From IMG/VR virus record IMGVR_UViG_3300048896_000171, positions 1 through 47,216 of that record: a stretch of 47,216 nt of DNA; one strand, given 5' to 3'. The position numbers were made by a program, and so were the translations under genes. Position 1 is the first letter of the stretch; every line of letters begins with the position of its first letter. Origin of the DNA: a virus (Duplodnaviria; Caudoviricetes). Under the pieces are notes generated by a model that was given only the letters and a program-made list of their open reading frames with translations, had not been told where the DNA came from and searched no databases. Below, piece by piece: positions 7,696-16,485 of this stretch.

Positions 7696-7741
7696 GGCCC
7701 CCGTTCCGGACTAGCGTGGAAGGCGCTAGACCGCGGGGGCC
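7696..7741 (-). promoter_or_regulatory. CCUUCCA-loop leader hairpin, copy 1, at the predicted 5' end of the early transcript
   Basis: CUAGCG-CCUUCCA-CGCUAG core inside a GGCCCCCG/CGGGGGCC outer stem. Confidence 0.75.
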
Positions 7742-7746
7742 TTGTC

Positions 7747-7776
7747 ATTCTGAGGCCGGCCGCCGGCCCGTGTCAA
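7747..7776 (-). promoter_or_regulatory. sigma70-type early promoter TTGACA-N18-CAGAAT
   Basis: Consensus -35 at 7771-7776, -10 at 7747-7752, upstream of the DUF932 operon. Confidence 0.7.
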
Positions 7777-7980
7777 GTACCGCGATTGTCAGATTGTCGC
7801 AAGATGGCGCGCGCGTGAGCCTTGCAGGTTCGGTGCCAGCCAGCCCGGCGCGCCCCGACGATCAAGCCCGTCCCGGCCCGGCCTTAGACCGCGGACCGGT
7901 CCGGCCCCAGCCCGGCCTCAGCCCGTCCCCGTCCCCCAGCCCGGCAAGTCTTTTCCGGGCCGCCCCGGGCCGGTACGGGC

Positions 7981-8008
7981 ATTGTAGGCCGTTCCCGGGC
8001 CGTGTCAA
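7981..8008 (-). promoter_or_regulatory. sigma70-type early promoter TTGACA-N16-TACAAT
   Basis: Near-consensus hexamers within an otherwise extremely GC-rich tract. Confidence 0.65.
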
Positions 8009-8409
8009 GGGGAATCGGTCCGCCCGGCCCGGACACGGGCCGCCACGGCCCGGCCGGCCCGGCCTCCCGGGCCCGGCCACGGCCCGGCCCCGGGCCGGGG
8101 GAGGCCCCCGCGCGGCCCGGCCCGGTCCGGTCGGGGGGTCGGCCCGGGAGATTTTACGGTCCGAGGTCGGGAATGGCCGGACCGAGTGCGGGCCGGGCGG
8201 GCCGTAGTCAGGACCGGGCACGGGCCGGCGCAGGCCTGGCGCGGCGGGGCGAATCAGGCTGCTGGCGGCCTGGACGCAGGCCGGGGCGACGATCGTCGTT
8301 CCTGGGGCCTTCTGGCGGGTTCTGTGTTATGAGCCGTTGCAGCCTCGAGCGCAGCGAGAGTGCTCTCGGCCCGGTGGGGGCAATGACCGCGAAATTTTCA
8401 CGGGGAGGG

Positions 8410-8439
8410 TGGACACGGACGGGGCCGGTCCGGTAGGAT
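8410..8439 (+). promoter_or_regulatory. possible promoter TGGACA-N18-TAGGAT
   Basis: Hexamer match upstream of ORF 8621. Confidence 0.4.
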
Positions 8440-8620
8440 GCATTCGGGCCGAGACAGGCCGCGGGCCGAGCAATCAGGCCGCGGAACCTTTCGGACCGAG
8501 GCGCGGACGCGGGCGGGCCCTTGAGGCCGACGCGGACCGTGAACGTCTCCGCCCGAGACTCCCGGGCCGGGTCGCGTTGGAAAGCGTCCCGTCCGTGCCT
8601 CAGTCCGTGGGCCCCCAGTT

Positions 8621-8893
8621 ATGCGGCAGCTTGAGCTGTTGCACGCCGACGTCCCACCCGCCTCCCTCCCGGTGGTGATTCTCGTCCTGCGTGACGCCTA
8701 TAAGAAATTCGGCCGGCCCCAGACCGACGGCGAGCGCCGCACGGTCGGGGCGTGGTGTCGCGCCGAAGTGGAACGGCGCTTGAAGGCCGAAGGGGCCGCG
8801 GCCGACCGGCCGGCGGCCGTGCGCGTCGCCTATGGGGAGCTCGCCAGCGCGGTCGCCGAATCGGGCGGCGTGCCGGATGAACCGGCCTTTTGA
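8621..8893 (+). CDS. hypothetical protein (90 aa)
   Basis: Protein-like helical ORF; weak SD. Confidence 0.55.
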   Translation: MRQLELLHADVPPASLPVVILVLRDAYKKFGRPQTDGERRTVGAWCRAEVERRLKAEGAAADRPAAVRVAYGELASAVAESGGVPDEPAF

Positions 8894-8948
8894 CGCTTAC
8901 CAGACGCGGACGACCCAGGCCCAGACGGCCCGGGCCCAGCGCGTCAGC

Positions 8949-9278
8949 CTAGAGCGCCACCGTGCGAAAGTTGGTGGGGACGCCGCACCCCGTCAGCGTC
9001 AACCCGACGACGACCGGCGTCCGGCCCGGCACGCGGACCGTGAAGCTGTGGCCGCCCTGCGCGGGCGGTTCGGTCGACCCGACGACCTCACTCACCGCGA
9101 TCGTGCACGAGAACGGGCTCGAGAGATTCGCGACCGTGGGGCCGATTTGCCGCTCGGCGCCCCCATCGAAACTCACGAAATAGGGCCCCGCTTGCGCGGC
9201 GGCTAGGTCCGAGGCCGGTTGGTCCCAGGCGACGGCGGTGGTGGCGTAGTCAGCGGCGGCGACGTTGAGATTGTCCAT
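8949..9278 (-). CDS. small beta-sandwich (Fn3/Ig-like) protein (109 aa)
   Basis: AWDQP...YFVSFDG...SPFSC...GGHSFTV...PTNFR pattern; own promoter 9 nt upstream of ATG 9278. Confidence 0.65.
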   Translation of the reverse strand: MDNLNVAAADYATTAVAWDQPASDLAAAQAGPYFVSFDGGAERQIGPTVANLSSPFSCTIAVSEVVGSTEPPAQGGHSFTVRVPGRTPVVVGLTLTGCGVPTNFRTVAL

Positions 9279-9287
9279 GGGCGCGGG

Positions 9288-9316
9288 AGGATACCGGGTC
9301 GGCGTCCGCCCGTCAA
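9288..9316 (-). promoter_or_regulatory. promoter TTGACG-N17-TATCCT (near-leaderless)
   Basis: Hexamers at 9311-9316 and 9288-9293. Confidence 0.65.
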
Positions 9317-9380
9317 CACAGCCGGACAACCTGGCGGCCAGCCCTTGCTCGAGCAAGCATCCCGATCACACTTCCGGGGC

Positions 9381-9409
9381 TTGACAAGCCGCGCCGACGG
9401 GCGCATTCT
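9381..9409 (+). promoter_or_regulatory. promoter TTGACA-N17-CATTCT (near-leaderless), heading the packaging operon
   Basis: Hexamers at 9381-9386 and 9404-9409; ATG at 9419 with no SD. Confidence 0.65.
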
Positions 9410-9418
9410 CTCGCGCGT

Positions 9419-9919
9419 ATGAGCGACCCCGACCCCGTCTACAACCTCGAGCACAGCTCTCCGGACGATTTGCGTCGCCTGCGCGAGGCCATCGAAGTCG
9501 AATGGCACCGCCGCGGAGCGTTGTCGATCGAGGGGCCGTTCAAACCCGCGGAAACGGCGGCCGACGCGCTTTATAACCAGCGCGATAACCACCGCGTGAC
9601 CCGCGGCGCCGGCGCGGCGACCATGCTCGGCGCGGGGCGCCTCAGCCCCCCGCCCACCAAGGCGCTCACACCCCAGGCGCCCATCCCCACGATTACGGCC
9701 CTGATTTCCACCCTCGGCCAAAACGCGCAGGAACTGTTCAGCCTCGTCAGTGAGCTAGAAGAGCGCCTGGCGTTCGTGATCGCCCCCTCGGGTCCGGGGC
9801 CGGAGCGGGACCGGATGCCGGCGAATACGGCCGTCGGTGAGGGGCTCTCGGCGCTCCATTACGACCTCGGGCAGCTCGCCACGCGCCTCCGGGCGCTCAT
9901 TGAGCGGGTCGCCCTCTAG
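9419..9919 (+). CDS. hypothetical protein (166 aa), coiled-coil C-terminus
   Basis: Protein-like ORF downstream of the promoter. Confidence 0.8.
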   Translation: MSDPDPVYNLEHSSPDDLRRLREAIEVEWHRRGALSIEGPFKPAETAADALYNQRDNHRVTRGAGAATMLGAGRLSPPPTKALTPQAPIPTITALISTLGQNAQELFSLVSELEERLAFVIAPSGPGPERDRMPANTAVGEGLSALHYDLGQLATRLRALIERVAL

Positions 9920-9925
9920 GCCCCC

Positions 9926-10534
9926 ATGGCGGACGTCGTCTCGACTCCGGAGTCGCTCCCCGCCCCGCCCGACGCGGAGGCGCTTCGTGCGTTTACCGAC
10001 GACGCGGCGCGGGAGAATCTCCGCCGGCGGCTCGACTACGTCAAAGACCTCCAGGCGAGCGTCCGCAATCGCGCCGGCCGCATCAAGAAAGCCAAATTCA
10101 AGGCCGCCGTGCTCGCGCTGCGGTGGGAAAAGTTCACGATCGCCCAGACGGCCGACATCCTCGGGGAGACGGTCGGCGCCGTGGAGTCCGCGCTCCGGTC
10201 GCTGCGCGACGCGGCGGAGCTCGACGACCACATCAAGACCATTGACCACGAAATTCTGCCGATTGCCGTCGATAATCTGGCGCGCGCGGTGCTCGACGGC
10301 AACGTCGGCGTCAGCGAGCGCATTGCGCGCGGCCGCGGCCTCCTCCGGACGTTCAAGCAAGTCGAAAGCTCGATCACCAAACGGACCATGAAGCTCACGA
10401 TCGACGTCAAAATGACGGCCCCCGACGGGTCGCTGCTGTCGAACGTCGTGCGCGCGGGGACGATTGTCGGCGCCGCGGCCAACCCCACGGAATTCGACGA
10501 AACGGTCGGCGCGGCCCTGGAGGCGAAAAAGTAG
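9926..10534 (+). CDS. terS: terminase small subunit (putative)
   Basis: HTH-like segment (FTIAQTADILGETVGAVESAL), helical body, position upstream of TerL. Confidence 0.6.
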   Translation: MADVVSTPESLPAPPDAEALRAFTDDAARENLRRRLDYVKDLQASVRNRAGRIKKAKFKAAVLALRWEKFTIAQTADILGETVGAVESALRSLRDAAELDDHIKTIDHEILPIAVDNLARAVLDGNVGVSERIARGRGLLRTFKQVESSITKRTMKLTIDVKMTAPDGSLLSNVVRAGTIVGAAANPTEFDETVGAALEAKK

Positions 10535-10537
10535 GCC

Positions 10538-10711
10538 ATGGAAAAAATCTTTCAAGTCGCCGTTGTGCTCATCGTCCTGTGGCTCGGCTGGGTCAGCATC
10601 GACCAGCTCCCCGGCCCACAGCCCGGCCCGGGCCCCATCAAACCGGCGCTCAAATTGCTCGCCGTAATCGCGGCCGCGTGGATGTGCCTGCGGATTGTGG
10701 GCCTGGCGTGA
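10538..10711 (+). CDS. small two-TM membrane protein (57 aa)
   Basis: MEKIFQVAVVLIVLWLGW...PIKPALKLLAVIAAAWMCLRIVGLA; below ORF-track cutoff. Confidence 0.7.
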   Translation: MEKIFQVAVVLIVLWLGWVSIDQLPGPQPGPGPIKPALKLLAVIAAAWMCLRIVGLA

Positions 10712-10905
10712 GCGCGCCGGCGTGGCCGACGACGGCCGAGATTATCCTCGGGAATCTTGGGCCGCGGCTGCCGTGGCGTGCGCGCGTCGCCCGCGCGCTG
10801 TGGTGGCCGATCTTGGTCCGGCGGTACTGGGTGGCCGGGCATAGCCTCCGCACCGCCTGCCGCTTCACGCAGTACGCGATCTGGCACGAGCCGCGCCGTG
10901 GGTGA
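10708..10905 (+). CDS. hypothetical protein (65 aa)
   Basis: GTGA overlap start. Confidence 0.55.
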   Translation: MSAPAWPTTAEIILGNLGPRLPWRARVARALWWPILVRRYWVAGHSLRTACRFTQYAIWHEPRRG

Positions 10906-11104
10906 CGGGCGCGGGTTTGTGAGCCAGGCCCAACGGACGAAATGGCAACAGCTCGTCTCGGAGGGCCGCGTCACGCAGGCGCAGTTCGACGAGCGCGAGG
11001 CCGCCAGTCCGAAGAATCTCCCCCCGCGCGCCACGCCGCGGCCGCGGACCGTGGGGGCGTCCCGATCGGCCGCCACCGCTCGACCTTCTGCTGCGAGGTA
11101 CTGA
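10898..11104 (+). CDS. small basic phage protein with S-x-A-Q motif (68 aa)
   Basis: FVSQAQRTKW..L..EG......D....PKNLP; resembles 35282..35479. Confidence 0.65.
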   Translation: MGDGRGFVSQAQRTKWQQLVSEGRVTQAQFDEREAASPKNLPPRATPRPRTVGASRSAATARPSAARY

Positions 11105-11106
11105 CT

Positions 11107-11319
11107 GTGCATCGCTCCCCCCTGACCGAAATCGTCCCGCTCTTTGGGGCGGACGGCGGCTTTGTCGCCGATGCGATTGTCCCGATTCACACCGGCCCGC
11201 GCGCGTCGCTCGTCCTCTGGCGCGGCCGGTACTTTCACGCTGACGCGCACGGCTTTTACGTGGAGTGCCCGCCGCTCCACGCCGATAACGACGTGCCGAT
11301 GCTCCACGCGACCGCATGA
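11107..11319 (+). CDS. hypothetical protein (70 aa)
   Basis: GAGGT SD before GTG 11107; ATGA overlap downstream. Confidence 0.6.
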   Translation: MHRSPLTEIVPLFGADGGFVADAIVPIHTGPRASLVLWRGRYFHADAHGFYVECPPLHADNDVPMLHATA

Positions 11320-11747
11320 CACCGCCGCGCGACTACCGCCGCCGGCTCGGCCATATCGCCGTCCAGGTCCGGGCGCATGACGCGCTCCCGTGGACGACGA
11401 TCGACCGCACCGACAACCCGCGCGAGGCCGCCGGCCGCAGCCAGGGCCTGGCGCCGGCGCACCCGCACGTCCGCGTCGTCGATCGCCAGGGCCACGTCCG
11501 CATCGAATACGCCGAGGGGATCCGGCTCCAGTCGGCCGGCGCGCGCGAGCCCGAGGAAGAAACCTACCGCGAGCGGCAAACGCGGCGCGCGCAGCAAGCG
11601 GACGCCGAGCGCGCGCGGATTGACAGCCTGCGCGCGGCCCCGCCGGCGCGCGTCTATCGCACGGTCGTCGCCGACGGGCGGGAATTCGTGTCGATCTGGG
11701 ATGGGAAAGGCGCGCTCCCGGGCGCGCGCATCCCGGGCGAGTGGTGA
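11316..11747 (+). CDS. hypothetical protein (143 aa)
   Basis: Coupled ORF in packaging operon. Confidence 0.7.
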   Translation: MTPPRDYRRRLGHIAVQVRAHDALPWTTIDRTDNPREAAGRSQGLAPAHPHVRVVDRQGHVRIEYAEGIRLQSAGAREPEEETYRERQTRRAQQADAERARIDSLRAAPPARVYRTVVADGREFVSIWDGKGALPGARIPGEW

Positions 11748-11965
11748 CGCGCGTTCGGGTCACGGCGGCCCTGCTGCGGCCGGGCGACCGGATTGTGCTC
11801 CGCGTCGGCCCGGCCGGCACGCCGTTTCCGGTCGAAGTGATTCACACGACGGAGCGGATCGCGGAGGGGAAGATCGAAATCTTCGCGCTCCGCGAGGACG
11901 GCGCGACGAACGTGTACGATGTGGCCGCCACGGCGACGCTGGAAGCGGATCGCCCCGGCGCCTAG
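11741..11965 (+). CDS. small beta-rich hypothetical protein (74 aa)
   Basis: A..LRPGD.I pattern; abuts the TerL start. Confidence 0.7.
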   Translation: MVTRVRVTAALLRPGDRIVLRVGPAGTPFPVEVIHTTERIAEGKIEIFALREDGATNVYDVAATATLEADRPGA

Positions 11966-13516
11966 ATGGCCCGCACGCGCCCCACTAATCCCGGCGAGCT
12001 CGTTGAGCTCAAATACAACCCCTACCTCTGGTCGTTCCTGGAAGCGCGGCGCGCGCGCGTCTGCCCGAACAATTGCCAGGCCGCCGACGGGACCCATCTC
12101 CGGTGGTCGATGCTCGAGCGGCTGACGTGCCCCCTCTGTGACGCGTACGGCCTGCGCGCGTTTTACCGGATGTTCATGCGCGCCGGCCGGCAGAGCGGCA
12201 AGACGCGCGGCGGCTCGCTCTCGGCCGTGGAAGAGGCGACCGTCCCGAACTCGATCGGGTGGTGTGTCGCGCCCACCGTGCCCGAGCTCGAGGACTACGT
12301 CATGCCGGCGTTCTTCGCGCAGCTCCCGCAGACCTGGTTCGAACAGTCGGACTGGAGCGAGGACCGCAAGACGCTCGTCTTGCCCAACGGCGCGCAGGTG
12401 GGCTTTCGATCGTTCGACGACCCGAACAAGGCCGTCGGCGCGACGCTCGATTGGCTCTGGCTCGACGAAGCGCGGAAAATGCAGGAGCTGGCCTGGCAGC
12501 TCGCGCGCGCGATGCTCGTCGTCAAAAACGGCGCCTGCTGGGTCACCTCGTCGCCCGACTGGGGCGAGGACTGGTGCCATCGCAATTTCTGGATTCCCGC
12601 GGCCGACGGCCATCCCGGGTTCTGGGCGGCCAGCTTCAAGACCATCGACAACCCCGTGATCAATCCGGCCATCATCGAACGCGACCGCGCGACGATGCCG
12701 CCCGAGCTCTTCCGCCGCGAGTACGAGGCGTCGATCGAATACCCGACGGGCACCATCTACGGGGACCTGGTCGACCGCTGCGTCGCCGACGACGACCAGA
12801 TCCGCCGCTGGATTCCCGAGTGGCCGCACATCTCGACCAACCGCCCGCGGATTATCGCGCTCGACCCGGGCTCCGACCATCCGTTCGCGGCCACCGACAT
12901 CGTGGCGACGCCCGCGGGCCTCGTGATCGCGCACGAATACGAACAGCGCCAGAAGCTCTTCAAGACCCACGCGTCCAGCATCCTCCAGCTCGTGACGCCG
13001 CTCGGCGGCGACGTGCGGTGGTGCATCGACCGATCGCAGAAACAGGCGGCGTACGAGCTGTCGCAGTACGGGATCTTCGCGCAGGGCGCCGAGAACGACG
13101 TCGACGCCGGCATTCAGCGCGTGTACGCCTGGCTGGCGAGCGGCCAGCTCCTCATCAGCCGGAAGAACTGCCCGCTGACCGCGCGCCGGCTCAAGGCGTA
13201 CCGGTACGCGGAAGGCCAGGAAACGCGGCACGGCCTCACGAAACCTGAGCCCTACAAAAAAGACGACGACCTCTGTGACGCCGTCCGGTACGGGCTGATG
13301 ACGTGGCCCGAGCTGCCGAAGAAAGGCCCGGCGCTTGAGGCCGCGGGCCCGCGTCAGCAGGCCGTCCTCACGCAGAAAGAACGCTGGGAGCTCGAGCTCA
13401 ACAGCGACGCGCCGCTCTCGACCGATGGGCTGGTCCGCGTGACGGACAGCTTCGACCCGATCGACCCCGGGTACCGGCGCGTCGGCGACGGCGGCGTCGG
13501 CCAATTCTTCGACTGA
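11966..13516 (+). CDS. terL: terminase large subunit
   Basis: Walker A AGRQSGKT, Walker B WLWLDEA, FRREYEA, nuclease IIALDPG and DDLCDAVRY motifs. Confidence 0.97.
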   Translation: MARTRPTNPGELVELKYNPYLWSFLEARRARVCPNNCQAADGTHLRWSMLERLTCPLCDAYGLRAFYRMFMRAGRQSGKTRGGSLSAVEEATVPNSIGWCVAPTVPELEDYVMPAFFAQLPQTWFEQSDWSEDRKTLVLPNGAQVGFRSFDDPNKAVGATLDWLWLDEARKMQELAWQLARAMLVVKNGACWVTSSPDWGEDWCHRNFWIPAADGHPGFWAASFKTIDNPVINPAIIERDRATMPPELFRREYEASIEYPTGTIYGDLVDRCVADDDQIRRWIPEWPHISTNRPRIIALDPGSDHPFAATDIVATPAGLVIAHEYEQRQKLFKTHASSILQLVTPLGGDVRWCIDRSQKQAAYELSQYGIFAQGAENDVDAGIQRVYAWLASGQLLISRKNCPLTARRLKAYRYAEGQETRHGLTKPEPYKKDDDLCDAVRYGLMTWPELPKKGPALEAAGPRQQAVLTQKERWELELNSDAPLSTDGLVRVTDSFDPIDPGYRRVGDGGVGQFFD

Positions 13517-13520
13517 ACGC

Positions 13521-13549
13521 TTGACGATACGGCCGAGGCTCCGTAGACT
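13521..13549 (+). promoter_or_regulatory. promoter TTGACG-N17-TAGACT
   Basis: Hexamers fill the TerL-13565 gap. Confidence 0.65.
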
Positions 13550-13564
13550 GTCGGCCCATTACCG

Positions 13565-13981
13565 ATGGGCTGGCGCCTGGTCCGCACGAAGGACTTCGAC
13601 GAGCTCCGCGACGCGCTGAAAGCGGAACGCGCGCTGACGGCCACACTCCAGACCCACCTCCGCGAGATGGAACGCACGGCCGGCGATCTGAAAGCTGACG
13701 CGCGCGCGGCGCAAGCGACCCGGGACCAGGTGCTGATTCGCCTCAATCAGCTCGAGGCCGAACAAGCCCAGGTCCGCAGTCGCGAGAAGGGCATCAAGGC
13801 GGTCGCGCCGCTGCAGGTCACGAGCAATCAGCCGGCCATTCCCTCGGGAGGCACCGTGAGTTTTGAAGACGTGGGCGACGAACGCGCGGCCGAGCTCAAG
13901 GCCGCCGGGCTCCTGCACGACGTCGACGAAAACGACGGCGTCGGCGGGATGGACGCGCTCGAGGCGCGGGTCCCGCTCTAA
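13565..13981 (+). CDS. coiled-coil hypothetical protein between TerL and portal
   Basis: 138-aa ORF with heptad pattern. Confidence 0.8.
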   Translation: MGWRLVRTKDFDELRDALKAERALTATLQTHLREMERTAGDLKADARAAQATRDQVLIRLNQLEAEQAQVRSREKGIKAVAPLQVTSNQPAIPSGGTVSFEDVGDERAAELKAAGLLHDVDENDGVGGMDALEARVPL

Positions 13982-13984
13982 CGC

Positions 13985-16414
13985 ATGTTTCCCCCCGGCT
14001 CGGATTCACAGGCTCCCCTGGGCGGCGCGGCCGGCATGTTAGCCGGCCTGACGATGCGCTCGCCGATGATGCAGTCGGCGCCGATGCAGCTCCGGCCCGT
14101 CCCGGGCCAGGACCAGGCCGAGAACCCGTTCTACGCCGCGCTGGCCGCCGGCGACAAGACCGCCGAACAGACCTTCCGCAAGGTCTACCAGGACGTCCGC
14201 CAGGCCTCGCTCGAGGGCCGCTCGCTGCTCGAAAAATCCTGGTGGGAAAAGCTGCTGTACGTCAACGACCGCCAGTGGATCGTCTACACGGCGCGGAACG
14301 GCTGGGTCGACAAGCGCCTGGAACGCTGGATTCCCCGGCCCGTGACGAACATTTGCGCGCCGACCGTCGAAACGATTCGCGCGATGCTCTCCGGCTCGCA
14401 GCCCTCCGCGCGGTGTCGCCCGAACGGGCCCGACCCCATCAACGCGACGACGGCCGGCATTGTCGACCAGCTCGGCCCGGTGATGCAGGAAGAGCACGAG
14501 ATGGCGCGCGTCTATTTCGAGGCCGATTGGTGGGCCCCGACGCTCGGCTGCCTCTGGCTCCATCCCCACTGGGACCGCGACGACGTCACGAACAAGGAAT
14601 TCGTCCAGGCGATGCAATGCCCGAGCTGCCAGTACCTGGCGCACCCGCTCGACCTGGCGCCCCAGGGCGACCTGGAGGCCTGCCCCCAGTGCGGCGGGGA
14701 GACGGCGGCGTTCCGGCTCGCGGAAGACGCCGGCGGCAAGGTGGGAAGCTGGGAAGTGATCGGGAAGGGTGTGACAGACGTGGTCACACCGCTCGAAATC
14801 CTGATTCCGACCTACTTCCAACGATGGCCGGACGTGACCGAGCTCATTCGCCTGCGGTGGCGGCCGATTAACTACTACGACGGCCGGCCGTACCGGAACG
14901 AAATCCGCGGCACGACCCAGCCCCAGGACAATTCGCTGGCGATGTACCGCTCGCTCGCGACCATGACCGGGGCCACCAAGGGCGTGGCGGCGGGGACCCA
15001 GATCCAACAGTCGAAAGTCGAAGGCGTGGTGGAGGCCGAGCTCTGGAAAAAGCCGTCCGCGGAGTACCCGCAAGGGCTCTGGGGACGCCTGGTCGGCGGC
15101 ACCAACGGGAATGCCTTCCTCATCAACGACCCGGAGCGCGGGATCGTGCCCGGGCCGCTGCCGTACGTCGATCGCGTGGAGAAAAAGCCGCTCTGGCCGT
15201 GGGCGTACTACCCGTACCGGTACTCCGGCGGGAAGCTCTTCCCCGAGGGCGCGCTCCTGGGCCTCATCCAGAAGCAAAACGCCATCAATCGCAACGATTC
15301 GATGGTCGAACTCGCCATGCAGCGCATGGCCAACCCGATTTGGCTCGAGCCGAAGGGCGCCGAAGTGCAACGGCTGACCGGCGAGCCCGGGATCGTGGTC
15401 CGGTACTCGACTGTAGCGGGCACGACGGCCAAACCGGAGCGCCTGGAGGGCCTCAATCCGCCGCAGGCCTTCTTCACGCTCCGCGCGCAGCACTTCGAAG
15501 ACGCCGAACGGCTCGCCGGCACGCGCGACGTGCTCAAAGGGCAGACCCCGACGGGCGTCGAAGCGTTTTCGGCGCTCAACCTACTCGTCGAACAGTCGCA
15601 GAAGGGCTTTACGTCGCTCTTCAAGCAACGCGGCGAGGCTCATCGGGTCTGTTTCGAGCTCCAGGTGTTGCTCGAGCGGTCGTACGGGCCCCAGACGCGC
15701 ATTCGGGCCGTGGCGGGGAAGAACAACAATTACACGTTCCTCACGTTCAACCGCCAACAGCTCGACGGGTCGGTGTCGATCATCATCGAAGACGGATCGG
15801 AGACGCCCAAGACGGCCCTGGGACGCCGCGCGGCGTATTCGGACGCGAACAACCTCGGCGTCTTCAAAATGCCGCCCGCGCAGCAGTACAAGGCGCTCGA
15901 TCAGCTCGGAATTCCCGACGCGGCGCCGGCGCTCGACGTGCACACGCGCGCGGCCATCAACGAGCAGGAGCAATACCTCGACTGGGTCAAGGGCGGCCGG
16001 ACAGGCAACAAGGGCGTCAACCCGCTCCGCGTCGACGCCTGGCAGAATCACCCGATCCACATCGAACAGCTCGATTTGTGGGCCAATAGCGACGAAATCC
16101 GGCAAATGACGCTCCTGGACCCGGACGTGAGCCAGGACATCCTGAAACACCGCGTGGAGCACGTCGCGGCGACCACGAACATCTTCGGGATCCCCACCGG
16201 CCAGGCCGGCATGGCCCCAGGAGCGGGGGCGCCGATGGGCGCCAGGCCGCCTGGACCGGGGGGATCCGCACCCGCGCCGGCCGGGCCGCAACCGCCCCAG
16301 CCGGTCGGCGCCGATCGCGCCATGATGAATTCGAACCGCGAGTCCGGCCATCCGGACACGCTGCCGGGCCACCCGAACAACAACGGCGCCGGCAACATGG
16401 GCGCGCCGGCCTAG
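13985..16414 (+). CDS. portal protein (podovirus-type)
   Basis: 809 aa, follows TerL; LIQKQNAINR...MANP.WL.P.G, PG.VVRY and Pro/Gly-rich tail typical of P22-like portals. Confidence 0.9.
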   Translation: MFPPGSDSQAPLGGAAGMLAGLTMRSPMMQSAPMQLRPVPGQDQAENPFYAALAAGDKTAEQTFRKVYQDVRQASLEGRSLLEKSWWEKLLYVNDRQWIVYTARNGWVDKRLERWIPRPVTNICAPTVETIRAMLSGSQPSARCRPNGPDPINATTAGIVDQLGPVMQEEHEMARVYFEADWWAPTLGCLWLHPHWDRDDVTNKEFVQAMQCPSCQYLAHPLDLAPQGDLEACPQCGGETAAFRLAEDAGGKVGSWEVIGKGVTDVVTPLEILIPTYFQRWPDVTELIRLRWRPINYYDGRPYRNEIRGTTQPQDNSLAMYRSLATMTGATKGVAAGTQIQQSKVEGVVEAELWKKPSAEYPQGLWGRLVGGTNGNAFLINDPERGIVPGPLPYVDRVEKKPLWPWAYYPYRYSGGKLFPEGALLGLIQKQNAINRNDSMVELAMQRMANPIWLEPKGAEVQRLTGEPGIVVRYSTVAGTTAKPERLEGLNPPQAFFTLRAQHFEDAERLAGTRDVLKGQTPTGVEAFSALNLLVEQSQKGFTSLFKQRGEAHRVCFELQVLLERSYGPQTRIRAVAGKNNNYTFLTFNRQQLDGSVSIIIEDGSETPKTALGRRAAYSDANNLGVFKMPPAQQYKALDQLGIPDAAPALDVHTRAAINEQEQYLDWVKGGRTGNKGVNPLRVDAWQNHPIHIEQLDLWANSDEIRQMTLLDPDVSQDILKHRVEHVAATTNIFGIPTGQAGMAPGAGAPMGARPPGPGGSAPAPAGPQPPQPVGADRAMMNSNRESGHPDTLPGHPNNNGAGNMGAPA

Positions 16415-16416
16415 AG

Positions 16417-16485
16417 TTGGACCCTCGGGTCCAAATTGTCCCTCCCGGGCCAAATTTGACGTTACGGGTCACAGTCCCGTAATCT
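16417..16485 (+). promoter_or_regulatory. hairpin plus promoter TTGACG-N18-TAATCT containing palindrome TTACGGG-N7-CCCGTAA
   Basis: TTGGACCC/GGGTCCAA 16417-16434; -35 16456-16461; palindrome 16462-16482; -10 16480-16485. Confidence 0.65.

Noticed and set aside
7629-8436. ORFs across the GC-rich control region
   Set aside because: Pro/Gly/Arg low-complexity translations caused by the lack of stop codons in near-pure GC sequence
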